From positions 2,852,001 through 2,916,000 of the forward strand of contig CP075492.1 of NCBI GenBank assembly GCA_021613535.1: a DNA stretch of 64,000 bases. Direction: 5' to 3'. Made by a program: the position numbers and the translations under genes. The DNA is from Adineta vaga (lineage: Eukaryota > Animalia > Rotifera). How positions within the stretch are numbered: the stretch's first letter is position 1; each line of letters opens with the position of its first letter. Below are positions 13,551-27,360 of the stretch, piece by piece. The notes below the pieces were generated by a model that saw only the letters and a list, made by a program, of their open reading frames with translations, had not been told where the DNA came from and did no database searches.

Positions 13551-13958
13551 AATCCTGAGTTATATTAATGGAACTTCAATTAAAAACACTTTCTTTCATA
13601 AGCTAAACGATCAAATCGCATATTGTAACCACCTTATTTACTCCTCACTGCTTTTAGCTATTCAGCTTTCTATAAATAATGTTCTACAAAAATAAAATAT
13701 ATGACATATTGTATCTTGAGGGTGTAGTAACGTTAGATATCCCTGGTTCATCCTCGCCCAAACCTACCTACCTTCAATTGTAAATATTGAATAAATTTGC
13801 CTGTCTTGATAATACCTGTATAAGCAGTCGCAATATTGAAAAAAATATTAGTTTAATAATTGAAATTTTTGCCTTTGAATATATTAAATGTTCTTTTTTC
13901 TTCTATCAATTGAACATTAAAGTAAAACTGAAAATAAGCCGAGAAGAGAAAGAAATGT

Positions 13959-16083
13959 CTATGATGAAGATATATTGGTTTGATTGTCATAAAAGAATTG
14001 AATATGTTCTTCATTTTTCAGTAATCGACGAGGTTTGATTTGAACAGCACTTATTTGATCATTCATTATTTTTTGTTGATGAAAATTCGAGAATGTTCCA
14101 TTTCGAACAAGAATACAAGTAAGAGGACTAAGTTTTCCCGCCTCTCTAATATATTGGTACATATTATTTGCTTTACAAAGTTGTTGTTCGATCTCTGAAT
14201 CAGCAAGATCTTGAAAATTTTTCAGTGTTCGATCTTTATCTTTTTGTTGTTGTTGTTGTTTTTCATCAGTTAATTCCAAAAAGATGACATATCTAGGTGG
14301 AAAAACATCTAGTTTTGGATATGATGTGAAATCACATAGATCAACAAGTAGCTTTTGATTTCTCCATTGATAGATGGTTTCTTTTAGAGCATACATAACA
14401 TGTTGTTCAGTTGTTTTCTCTCCAAAAATATCTAAAATACTTCCAAGACGATAAGCAATAGAAACCAGAGGAATACGAGATGTGTTGGTTAATTCTGATG
14501 GTAATGAGACTAAATCATTTGTGTGAGAATAAAATCTTGTGCAAATGACTATATCACCCATTCGATATCGGACTAAACCTTCTTGAGTTGTACAAACTAA
14601 TTCATATCGATTTCCTGGTTCGATTTCTGAGATAAGATACGTTCTTGGTTGTTCCTATAAAGAATAATCAATAAACAAAGTCCAGTCATCTGTTTTAGAG
14701 TTTATAATTACATACTTGATGTATATCTTGTTCTTTAATAAATTCATAAAAAGCAGATGCTGGTGATAGAATATATTCATCTGTATGAATACTTGCCAAA
14801 ATACCAAAACATCCTTCACTAGCACTATAAAGTAGTTGATTGATTAAAGGCAATTTTTCTCCGCAGTAAAATTGAATTTCTTCTTTATAAGTTGCAAAAG
14901 AACCTCCTAATGCAGTCGTTGCAAACACTAATTTTGGCCATAGACGATGAAGTATACCAGGTAGATTAATTTTATGACATTGTTTTCGGATAAATTCAGC
15001 CCGTTTCACACAATATGTTAATCCTCCATATTCAAGACTAACTTCATTTAATGTTTGATTCAATTTTCTTCGAAATTTCATATCATTTATATTCTTACAA
15101 ACAAGAGAACTATGATCGAAATCGGTTGAAGATATGCAAAGACACATCTCTTCAAAATATATCTCAATCATTTTAATCGTATGAACGAATGCTGGTGCAA
15201 AGATGATTGAATACGAATAAATATCAGGAACCATCAATGCAAAAACCAATTGAACAAATGTATTCGTTTCAAAATCGGTAATGTTTTCGATCAAGTCAAG
15301 TCCAATGACATGATAAGCAGATGTTAATATTCGCCTTATTGGATTGGATGGAACAGCTGACAATGTTTGAGAAACCTGACCAATGCATATATTGTCTTTC
15401 GATTTGGCAAACATTTCTCGTTTCTTTCCACCTTGTAAAAGAAACCATCTTTGTTCAGATGATGGAAATGATGTTGGAAGGCTTCTCCAAATTACAGATG
15501 ATGCAACTGATGATAGCATCATTGCAGATTTTAGAAAGTGTGATGTCATTGGAAGAATTTTATTCGTCCCCGTTGTTCCAGTACTCATGGGATAGTAGAT
15601 AATTTTCTCAGAACAGATTAGATTTTTTTCTCCATTATCAACCATTCGACCGATATAATGATGATAATCGTCATATGTGGATAATGGAACTTTGTCACGA
15701 AATTCATCAACTAATGTTTGTTCTTGTTTCGTAACAGAAAAAGAAAACGATTCGAACGTAATCGATCGATCCAGAAAAAATCTGCATGAACAATTCTTTT
15801 GAAGAATCGTTCTCAATAATTCATTGTTAACCTTCTGTTGATGACAGAGAAATTTCCGATAGAATGAGACAAATGAATCTCTATCCGATTTGCGAGATTT
15901 TGGATCAAGTACAATTTTTCGACATAGAATTCGAATCCATCTTTTGAAAACACATTTAATATATGCCAAAGAAAAATACCAGATTATAATAGCAATACTA
16001 GTACTGAGAAGCAATGAATAAATAAAGAAAGTTCGATCTTGCCCAAAGATACTATTTTGTAGATAAACCAGTATTGATTGCAT
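13959..16083 (-). CDS. GH3-family acyl acid amido synthetase-like protein (GH3/GHDC) with an N-terminal hydrophobic segment; exons 16083-14716 and 14654-13959
   Basis: Motifs FRDKVPLSTYDDY, STGTTGTNK, LYSASEG, FYEFI, YELVCTT..GLVRYRMGD and QIKPRR. The GT-AG intron keeps the frame. Confidence 0.88.
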
Positions 16084-17692
16084 GCTTCTATTATCTCTAT
16101 GAGATTAAAAATCTGAAACACAATAAAGCTTGGTATACTTTTAAACGTATGTATAGTTGAGGGTGTGGGTATGGGTGACAGAAGATATGAATATCCACAC
16201 CCATCCTACGTATGGGATATTGTTGCGACGTGAATTTGCCAACGAAATAACGAGATTAGGTTTCTCACCTTTATTGAATGTTCTTGATTTTATTCTTGTA
16301 GCTACTTTGATTAGATGTGAGCAATCGAACTTCTATTACATAGCATACATTACATGAAGTAGACTAAGTGTATTATTTCTTAATTAAAATGAGCCCACAC
16401 AACTTTTACCTGCACAAATAGCTTTGATTACAGATTTGAGTGTCTGGATCAACAAATTAAAAGAGTAAAATCAATATGCTGGAAATAAGTATTTCATCTG
16501 AAGAAATAAGAGAAGGTCACGAGAAGGTTTCTGTATTATAAATTCGGGATACTATACAAATCGCGATTCTTTAATTAATTTTCTATCCGATACATTAACC
16601 AGTTGGAATATTCCCACTTGAATTTTGATAGACTACGCTAATCAAACAGAGAGCAATAAGAAACTAATAAATCATCTACTTCACTCTTATAACGAAAAAC
16701 AAAAGACATTTTCCTTCACAGACAGAACAAAACGAATTGCTGTAATAACCACGAAAACAAATTTCGAAAAAAAAGGATCGAATACGGCCTATCTTGAATA
16801 GCTTAAATTCCGACAGTAAAATGCCGGAAGAGATCCCACAGTTTTGGTATCTCCATCAGATAGTCCTAGGTAAATAGGTTTCCTGCAGATCACCTCGAGC
16901 GTATTTGCCGAAACTTTTTCTGGACAGACCTTTTACCAGAGGCTATTTAATAGTGATAGAAAAATTCTGGGAACTTCAATAGAACGGTGTCGCAAGTCAG
17001 CTTTTCTAAGTGTTATTGGGAAAGCAGACGAGTATCGAGATAAATATCCTAGATTCTAAGTAGATCATCGTATTCTTTCACCTGTTAACGAACAAAAAAT
17101 TATGAGAAAAGGGTGATGAGTTTGCATATAGTCACAAAACTTACCGTCTGACTTCTGAGCATCTGTTTGGTGAAAAATTCGTTTTCAGAATGTACGTATC
17201 TCTACCAGGGAACATGTGGTAAAGCTAAAAATTAGGTTTTACACCTAAAGCAATGTATTCTATAAGATGATATATGTCTGACATGAAATTGAGAACTTAA
17301 TTAAGCTGTCCTCTATGGTGCTCGATCGTGGCTCTCGTGCAGCCACTTAAAGACATGTTTTCATCAGTTTTGCTCTATTAAATATCGTCTATAGCATCCC
17401 TATCATTTATTTACGCTTATTTATACAAACGAATTTCTTTTTATGTATTATTATATCCGAATTTTTTATTACTTTAATTTTTGACGCCGGTTTTTTTATA
17501 AATATTTTCTAGGGGCTGCTGCGACAGTTCAAGAAAATAGTGTATCGGTACGTTTTTTTTTCTCGTCTGCCTATGTGACTAAACAGTGTGGTGGAAAAAA
17601 TCAAAAGGAAAAATGTCGAAAGAGAAGAAAGCTATAGTCTGATTGGATTGTGTCGTCAAACTTGCTTATTTGTTCAAACGGCATACACATAT

Positions 17693-17880
17693 GGCTTCCC
17701 ACTTCCTCGTTTTCCTCTTTTCTTTGATTTTATTTTAAATTTTCTTATTAACCTCACTACTTCGCATTTTTTACAGACTTATATTAGGTGATGTTTAAGT
17801 TTTTGCAAAAAAAAAGGGAAAAAATACGTCAAGAAAATATTTTCTCGAAGAAAAAAGAGGAAAATAGGAAGTGGGTAGCC
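17693..17880. mobile_element. Short MITE-like foldback element
   Basis: GGCTTCCCACTTCCTCGTTTTCCTCTTTT at the left pairs with AAAAGAGGAAAATAGGAAGTGGGTAGCC at the right. Confidence 0.65.
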
Positions 17881-18145
17881 GCGTATAGTTGTATACGTAA
17901 GACTACAACGAATTCATATTGAGTATTATCGTTTAATTTACTTTTCATATTGTTTTCTATATTTCATATATGTTAACTACACATTTTAACATCATCTTTC
18001 AATAAATCTCAAAAGGGTGTTGAGATAAAGAAAAAAAAATTATCATCATTAATTAATATTGTCAATTTTTTCTGTCGGGTATTTGAAGTTACTGTATTTA
18101 AAATAGATGAAATTATTGAACATCAAATAAACGTTCTATGACAGT

Positions 18146-21100
18146 TTAATATGTAAAACATTGACATGGATTTGATAAAATAAATAAAATATTATTGACA
18201 AAATTAATATCAATTATATTTTGGCAAGAATTATTATCGAAATCATTTGATGAATCATTAACATTGTTCGAATAAATCATTTGTTTTTGAAAATTTCCGT
18301 GACCATCTCCTAAAAAACCGTAAACTTCATCTGATGAAAATGAACCAATAACAATATCCAAATAATTATCACCATTTAAATTATGTATAGTTACTGAATC
18401 TAACGATAGACTAGATTCCATGATAATTTGTTGATTAATATAAAAAGTATCATTGAAATAGCGATAGAACATTGACACTGTGTTTTTCCAATTGTGAAGA
18501 AAAACAATATCAGATTGATAATCATTATCAAAATCAGCAACTATCATTTGAAATTGAGAAGCATCGAATGCAGTGTAAAACCATTTTTGTGGTTGAAAAC
18601 TTCCATTCATATTTTGAAAAAACACATGTATATGAAGAGATCGACTATTGAATACAGCAATATCTAATGAACTATCATGGTTAAAATCAGCCACAGCTAA
18701 TTTTCTTGGATTACTAGTTAATTCTATAAATAATGTTGATTGACTTGAAAATGTTCCATTACCATCTCCAAAATATATATAAACTTCATTAACATATTGA
18801 GTTACAACGATGATATCCAAATTACTATCATTATTAAGATCTATTATACTGATATCAGTTGGAAAATTTAAAATATACAATGGTTCAATATTTTGTGCTT
18901 CATATGTTCCATTATTATTGCCAAATAAAACGTCGATCCTTCCTATAAAACATCATATGTACAGGATGTTAAAAAACCTTTACGCCCCCCCCCCTCGCCG
19001 TCAACGACCTAATGGATCAAGGACATAATCAACTATTTTATACGACATTTAAAGCCTGTCAAAACAGATACATTAGACCCTTGCTTAGACGCAGATTTTG
19101 ACGGGCTTTCATGCCGTATAAAATATTTGATTATAGCAGTTTTCATTTGAATATTTTCACTTCAATTTATATTTTTCTTAATTTCGTATATTTCTATCTA
19201 TTGGATAGAATAAAACATGAAGATTTTTACCCGCGGATGAACCAATACTACATAATACAATTAAATCGACTTGACCATCATTGTTTGTGTCACCAATAAG
19301 AATTCGAAGCATATATGTTAAAAATGGTAAATTAAATAATACTGGAATCGTTTCATCAAATGAACCATTAGAATTGGCATATAAAATATTTATTATAGTA
19401 CCATCATCACAAGAAAAAATAAGATCAACTCGTTTGTCATTATTTAAATCGGCAACAAGATATGGACCAGAAATTGAATTAGAACATGTTGTATTTATTG
19501 ACAATTGTTTAACTTTTAATTGACATGATGATTCTAAAAATAGAATATTAGTTGATATTATTCAATACTATCGACTTAATTTCTAATGATTTTCATGAAC
19601 TATAACCTGATGTGTTTGAGGTTATTGTTGTGCTTATTATCGTACTTAAATCATTACCGATTGGTATGTTCATCGTCGAACCTATCAAACAAACAATAAA
19701 ACTTCGTCTGTATATTAAGTCTTACCCTGTCGAGTATAATATATTGAAAAAGTAATAACACCCATTAAAAAACATAATAGTAGAATAAGTGCAAATATGA
19801 TCTTGAAAATTGATCGATTGATACGTGGTATAACATCTATTGATCGATTCAAATTAGTATTAAACCGGACTTCGATAGAAACAACAGGATGAATTGAAGT
19901 GATTCGATTTTTTCGACTATGATAAATCTTTAATACAATTCGAACAAGTTTTGGACAAATCCATTTAAGAACAATTGTTAAACCACCTTGAAGACCAAAG
20001 ATAAGTGTGATTATATAAAGAATATTAAATCTTTCAATATAAGTATAAAAACATATCGAAGGTAAACATTGTTCATAATAAGAGGAATAATTCCTTTCTA
20101 TTGACCATTGTTCAAGAAATAAATTCTGTCTAAGTTCGTCTATTGTTGTATTTTGGGGAAAACGACTCAATGTTGTCGACAGAGGAATTAGAGAATTTTC
20201 ATAATTTGTATATTGTTGAATAAAATCAAGACATATTTGATCATAAAAACATTCAAGAGTTGAAGCAATTAGTGATTCACTTGTTGTACATCCTATTTTC
20301 ATACCTTTAACAATAATATTTTCTGATGAATTTGTTTCAATAAAAGTTGCTTGAGTTGTACAATTTGGAGATAAGCCACATGAACATTCATCATCATAGA
20401 TTACAGGTTTTGTAGGCGTAGTGAGCCTATCAGTTCCATCCATAATATAAATATATACGAAATTTGTTTCATATGTTGATATAAAAGCATTTCCATGTAT
20501 CATACTTTGGATGAAAAAGAGAAGATTAGAAAAAAAAATGGGAGCATTGAATTTTCTCTGTTCAATTGAAATATTGAGACGATTTTCGAAATTATTTTCA
20601 GATAAAAGTTCATTTGTAATTAATAATGATCTAAGAAATTCATTAATTGAATTATTTACTGTTTGAATCGAAAGTCGACATAAACCTTGAAGATATTGTA
20701 AATGAGCTGAAAGAAATCGTCGATAATCTCTTTGTTCATAAATTGATAAATTAGAAACAAGACCATTAGTTATATTATTTCGCCATTCATCTGAAACAAA
20801 TTGACTTGAACAAATCTTGAAATAAAAACAAAAACAAAGTTCATTAAACAAACGTGCGATTCTATTTATAACTTACGGAATGAAATATTGGTTGAATATT
20901 GACAAATTGTTGATATGTTGATGCTATTCTTGAACATGAACATTTTAATTGATCACCATAGATTGTTCTCAATTGTTTATAATCAATAAAAGATGGTTGA
21001 TTAAAATTTTTTCTTAATTGTTGTGGTTGAATAATTGTATAAAATATAAGAATAGTAATGCAACTAAGAAATAAAATGATATAAAGACGAGTTGACCATT

Positions 21101-24100
21101 GACCATAATATTTAGCTGTAATTCGATCAACATTACTTCCAAGATCACGTGTTGAAAATAGATTTAATTCAGTTAATGTATTACGTACAAATTTCATTTG
21201 ATTTTGTATCATAATTGTTACTCGATTGAGACAAGTACGTTGAACTAAAACTACAGAATTACTTTGTTGTGTTTGATTTGATTCTTTCTTGAATATTGTT
21301 AAGAATGTGAAAATGAATTTGATGAGACGAGGTGTTAAAATACGTAATGATACTATAATTCCACCAATCATTGATATTAATATAATCATAACTCCAAGAG
21401 TATTTTGTTTACGAACAGTTTCTGAATAAGAACAATAAATTGGTGAACAAGATTTATAAAATTGTTTATAAGATAAAACAGGATTCCATTTTTCAATCAT
21501 CAATTCTTTAACAATCATTGCAATTGTTGTATTAGGTGGAAAACGATTTATTGTTGAATTGTAAACAAGAGGTTGTAGACGAGATGATGATGATTGAAGT
21601 GATAATTTATCAGTATTTGTTTTTATTATATAACTTAATAAAAATGGAAAACAATTTGATTCTGAATATAAGCATTGAAGTGTTGAAAATAGAATTGAAT
21701 TACGAGCAAGACAACCTTCAATCCAACCAGTTAAATTATGATTATATTCATTTCCAGACATAAAATTCCAATCATATATCGAATCAGAATCCGAAATAAA
21801 TGCTTGCCTTTGACAATATGGATTGACAGCACAAATACATGTTATTAATCCTGTATTAATATCTTCAATATCATAGAAAATAAAATTGACCTATAAATAA
21901 AATTTGCTCACGATTTTAGTCATTACTATAGATTGTGTTTGTTAATCAGACCTACCTGTGCTATTGAATAATTATTTATTTGAGTGTCTAAAATACTAAT
22001 TGGAAGAACGGGATCAGGATTATTTCTCATCATTTTGACTATTCCTTCGTAAAATTGATTAACTTGTTGAACAAGTTGGATGATATCTTTCATTAAATCA
22101 AAATTATAAGCTGTTGATTGATAAAATTGATTGAGATTTGCATTAAATTGTTTATTAAAATTCATTTCATTGATTGCAAAAGAAGCAATAAAGAATTGTG
22201 AAAGAAATTGATCCATCCCTGTTTGAACAGTTTTATTGGCTAATTGACAAAAATCAGATAAGATTTGAAATTGTTGATATGCTTTACTACGCCAATCAAA
22301 AAGATTCATATTAGTCATACTATTTATCATTATAGTTATCCAATCATCCTGAACAAATCCACTTGAACATATTTGATGAAAAATTGGAGAAAATGAGATT
22401 AATGTTCGATAAAGAATTGTTTTATTTGCACATGGACATTGAAGTGTTGTTGAATATCGAGTTTCTAATGAATTATAAGTTGTTAACGATGGATTTGGTA
22501 CAGTCTTTGTTACTATTTGACTGTCTAATGATGTGAAGAGGCAAAGAACACTTGTTGATCCTAAAAATTTTGAAGAGTATGATTATATATATAAAAGAAA
22601 TAAAAAAAAGCTCTCTTTAGTATGAATAATTTTACCTATTAATAAAATAAAATAGACACGAGTAATAATTCTTTGTTGTTTAATACTGCGGTCTGTTCGA
22701 TTATGAATATCTTTAAATAAATTAATTTGTTTGATTGATTTAATTAGTTTGAACGTACATGCAATTTGTTGATCTGGAAATAAACAAAATATTTTGATCG
22801 ATAAGAAGAATTGAAAAGGTGAATCAACTTACTCGAATTTTCATTTGTATGATTTGAATGATGTGTACATTTGAAGAAAATATTGATTAAATTGGATGCC
22901 ATTAAACGAAGTACAATGACAAGACCACCATAAAGACTAATTAGAAGAGCAATTGCATAAGAAAAATTTCTTCGATTTATTATTGTATATGTACATATTG
23001 ATGGCGAACATTGATGAAAATATATCGAATAATTTAGATTTGATAACCAATTTTCAATAAAAAGTTTTTGAAAATAATCTAAAACAGATTTATTATCATT
23101 CTTCGAAGACAAAATCGAAGTATTCCAATTGAAGTTTATCTAAACAAAAAAAAAGAAATAAATTTCTAGAAAATATTATGGAGAATTCTACAAACTTGAG
23201 TTAGATTTGGAAAATATTTGAATAATAATTGAAGACATTCGAATTCATATAAACAATCCAATGTACTTTCAAGAAGTGCATCAAGAGGCGTACATGTCAG
23301 AAAGAAACCTTTCACATCTGTAACATTGGATGTTGGCATTTGTGTGAATGATGGAACAAAATCACTTGAATCATTTGATGGAAGAGGAAGAACAGCTACA
23401 ATTACTCCACTAGTTTGACCACATTGTATTTCTAATGAATTATTGTCATAATACTGTGTTTGATATCCAACTGGAGTAGGATCATAATCATTAAACAATG
23501 TACTGACCATCCAGTTTGTACCAAAAGCTGAAACTAAATAGTTTCTTTCAATAGTTGTTCGCCAAATATTCAAGAATGATATCATTCGACGGAATATATT
23601 ATTCTTCTGAGACTCAATTGTATTATCCATTTCTAATTGAATTTGCATTCTGGAAAGAAGATTAATGGTAATAAGTTCAGTATTATCGACATCATTTTGA
23701 ATTTGAGATCTAATTTCTTGAGAAAGTGAACATAATCTCGATAAAAGTTGAAACTAAAGAAAAGTACATTAGTACTTATATATTCACTAGCGCTTTCGTT
23801 TTCTGTCATACGTCAAACTTTTCTTAAGTGATTGATAATTATAATATTAGTTTAAAATGAGATAAATCCGAGTTAGACTCTTCTTAAAAATCGAATTCTG
23901 ACTAACCTGCCCATAGGCTGATTTTCGAAAATCCCATACACTATACAGACTTTCATTTCCAAAATATAATCCTTCAATCCATTCTTTACTGATGAAAATA
24001 CTTGAACATACAGGATGCATCGTAATATTGTGTGAAATAAAATTTTTGTACTGTATTATGATTGTTGAACATGGACATGAAAGAGCTTGACCATGTTCAG

Positions 24101-24584
24101 CATACAGTTGATCAAATATATCAGGAGTGATATCGTAAATAATCAGTGTTTCAGATTCTGTTTTTATTAAAGTTCCATAGAACAATATATAAAGACATGC
24201 TAAATTGAAGAAAACAATTAATGAACAATATTACTTTTAATAGGATGTGGGTGTGAGTGTATTCATCTTACCCACACCCTCGTGTTGAATATTCAATCTG
24301 ATATCCTCTTGTGCATAAGTTATACGATGATTATAGATGCTTGAAGGATAAATAGTCTGACTTAACTAGTTAAATTTGAATACTCGATGTAATGAGATTA
24401 TGGTAGCACTCTTACCTCCGAGAAGTACAATATACAACCAAGTTTTACATTTTTGTTGTTTACGAACAACAGCTGGATCGTTGATTGTATCATCATCATC
24501 GTCATAATCATTTTCTTCCAACATAAAAAGATTATAATTAGACACATTTTTATAAATCCAAGTAAAAACAGTTCTTAAATTCAT
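18146..24584 (-). CDS. Large multi-exon membrane protein: three Cys-rich modules each closed by TM segments, plus C-terminal FG-GAP/VCBS repeats
   Basis: Recurrent L.C.CS...Y..F...P.FH.VCSS.F...W, STL.C.Y...C, IE.W...Y..Y...C.P..C.Y followed by TM (ISLYGGL, ISMIGGI, FGLQGGL). The C-terminus has ADLNNDKRVDLI, DLNNDSNLDIIV, ADFNHDSSLDIAV and ADFDNDYQSDIV. Intron 19230-18943 keeps the frame. Confidence 0.8.
24243..24284. repeat. Telomere-like hairpin element, intronic
   Basis: GGATGTGGGTGTGAGTGTATTCATCTTACCCACACCCTCGTG; nearly the same spacer as the 7968 copy. Confidence 0.78.
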
Positions 24585-25760
24585 TATGTTGAATGAATCA
24601 TCACACTTTAATGATAATTGTAGTATTTCGTTCCTAAAATGAAAATGTTTTCCAATAAGAAAATACACTTAATAATTATACTATGTTTATCGTTTTTGAG
24701 AGTCTTTTTCGAAGTTTATCTCTACTAATGACAAAATTAAACAAATAAGAAAGAAAAAGAAAATTTATATGTTATTTATGTAGAAATATTTTGCGTTGAA
24801 TTTCTCGAATGATTTTCAACGTTATTTAAATAGTATTTTACCTTGAAACTTTGCATAATTAGCAAACAATGCAGATGTTTCTCTTCAATATTCTCTACTA
24901 TGAAAGCGTTCAAAAGTATAATAAAACTATCTGAAGATTGCATGAAATTTATAGCGCAATATCTTAATAAAATGTTTCTGAAATTCAAAAGTTCATATAT
25001 TCTATTTGAAATTGCAGTTTTTATTATTCTTATTCTTTTTTAACTAAATAACTTAAATTAAGAGATAAGTTAGTTTTTGAATGATTCTTTTATTCATTGT
25101 GATTATGCAGTTCAATTGTAACAAAACAAATAATCAATATAAATATGTTGTTCATTTGAAAGAAATAGTTATACAGATTATGTCACAAGAGTGACTTTAC
25201 TAAGAAAAATTTAATATTTTCTTTATGACTGAAGAAAAGGAACTGGTTCTTTTTTAACCAATGACAGAGATATACCCGATGAAATTCTTTGTGAACTATT
25301 ACTAATGATCTTAACAGAATACGATTTCTCTTTTTCCCAGGTAAAAACAAAATAGTGTATGATAAATGATGACCATTTTCTTGAGAAGAAATGCAATTAA
25401 TTATATAAACTTACATAGAACAGATATTATATATTCATATATATTTCTTTCTTTCTTCTTTATTACCACATTACACATTCATATCTCACATCATGCAGAT
25501 ACACTTTTCAATAGTGATAGAAAAAAAACTTCATCTTGTTTCAAAACACGCTCGCTTATTTTCGATATCACCTTTAAACATTTTTATATTTGAGGAATTT
25601 TCAAATGATAAATTGTCCATGTCATGTTGAGGAATGTGCCCTGGAATCTGGAGAGTGAAAGCTCGGAAAAGAAAAAGTCCGGAAAACTCTAATATCTTTT
25701 TAGCGAAGGAGAAAACACAATATTCTTCAATAAATGTTTTCTGTCGTCTGTGTGAACCAT

Positions 25761-26000
25761 GATCTTGAGGGCATAGGTGTGGGTGGGTGTTAATTAATAA
25801 GAGTCTCTCACGCAACCTCACACCCACACGCACGCCGTCAGATTAATTGTTTTGCTTAAAACTAGACCAATCGGTTTGGGTGTGGGTATGGGTATGGATG
25901 AGAGTGAGAGGGTGGGTCAGGGTGAGGAGATTCTTATTTTCTTCATCTATCCTCACCCAAACCCTCACTCTCATAAACCTTCGCCCACACCCTCGTGCAT
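25761..26000. repeat. Two adjacent telomere-like hairpin elements
   Basis: ATCTTGAGGG...GGTGTGGGTGGGTG...CACACCCACAC, then GGGTGTGGGTATGGG...CCCACACCCTCGTGCA. Confidence 0.75.
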
Positions 26001-26058
26001 CTTCATATTCAAAAGATTTTAAATGGTTTTCTCTTTCTAATCACTATATGAGAATTAA

Positions 26059-26461
26059 CCCTTTGGCTACCGGCTTTTTTTTCGAAAATCAAAGATTGTA
26101 AAGATAAGGTTCGAGTGTAATTTTTATTTTTTGAAGGAGAAACTACATTTTATACAAGGGACAGAACTGACTAGAATCTTACATAAAAATGACGCATTCG
26201 AAAGAATGTAGGAAAAAATAAAATATAATGGATCTAAAGATAAGAACGAAAAAAATGACTATACTGAAACAAACTAGAATGAGCAGAAACATGGATGCAA
26301 TGTACACGAGTGAAAATATCAACAGAAAGAAAAAATATATCAGTATGATATCATTTAACAAACGATAAGAACCTTTTCTAAACGGCTAAAAAGTATGCAG
26401 TTGCCACTTTTATTCAATAAATATGTTCGGACGCATATATGCGTTCCCGGTAGCCAAATGG
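26059..26461. mobile_element. piggyBac-type MITE, 403 bp, TTAA target-site duplication
   Basis: TTAA|CCCTTTGGCTACCGG ... CCGGTAGCCAAATGG|TTAA: 15-bp TIR with 1 mismatch, and a subterminal palindrome ACGCATATATGCGT. Confidence 0.85.
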
Positions 26462-26908
26462 TTAAGAAATGCCTATCAATCATGAATATCATGCAGAACT
26501 TACGCTTCAATGCACAGAATTAATACTGTTCTAGAAAGCTTGTCGGTTTGTCTCTTTTTTTTACGGATATCGTTGACTGATACTTTCTGAATGGTTCAAA
26601 ACAATATATGACGTCTTGGCGTCAGAATTGTCGCTGAATCATAATGCAGAAATATGTCTATACGCTAAAATGATGCGAACAAACGTTTGAGCGTTCGTAT
26701 GCTTGTGATGCACGTTCAAATTACTTTCACTCGAGAGTGCTCTTATAAAGAGTAACAAAAAATTCAAATTTGTAGGTAAACACATTACAAACACAAGCAA
26801 CTTCAAAAGAAAATTTTTCGAGTGCAGGTAAGTAAAAAAAATACACTAGAACAAAGTTGTTTTTATATATTTTATTTGTTTTTTATGGTGACAATTTTCG
26901 ATAAAGAG

Positions 26909-27021
26909 AAGGGTGGGTGTGGATGTGGGTGAGGTTGTGTATGAGGGTGTGTTAGAGTGTGGGTGGGTGTGCAGTATGGGTGTGAATTCAAAAGAGGGAT
27001 ATGCACACCCACACCCACAGC
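26909..27021. repeat. Telomere-like hairpin element with a long G-rich arm
   Basis: GGGTGGGTGTGGATGTGGGTGAGG...CACCCACACCCAC. Confidence 0.75.
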
Positions 27022-27360
27022 CTATATTGTTGTAACTGGTGAATATTATCATTGGAAAATTCTTTTCATTTTTCTTTTCAGTTGATGATCTTTTGTAGGT
27101 GATGTTTTAGTTGCTAAAATGTCTTGTTTACATCCAGGTGATTTTCGTCGATTAACTGCTGTTAATGTACCGGAATTGAGAAAATTATTCCTCTCTTTAA
27201 CAGTCTACTAGTATACACGCATTCCTTTCATACCCGTCCTCTCTTCCTTTTATCTGGTTCCTTTTATTTTTGTTTCTTTTTCAATCTTTTTACTTTAAAA
27301 ACCAAATTAAACCTTCAACATTTCCTTTACCACTATAATTAATCTCTTCCAAAGCTCATC

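Noticed and set aside
16700-17300. Possible degraded transposase
   Set aside because: No recognisable motif or ORF.
18943-19230. Apparent break between FG-GAP ORFs
   Set aside because: It is a GT-AG intron that preserves the frame.
25531-26101. ORFs with WVWVW or HPHP peptides
   Set aside because: They are translations of the GGGTGT hairpin arms.
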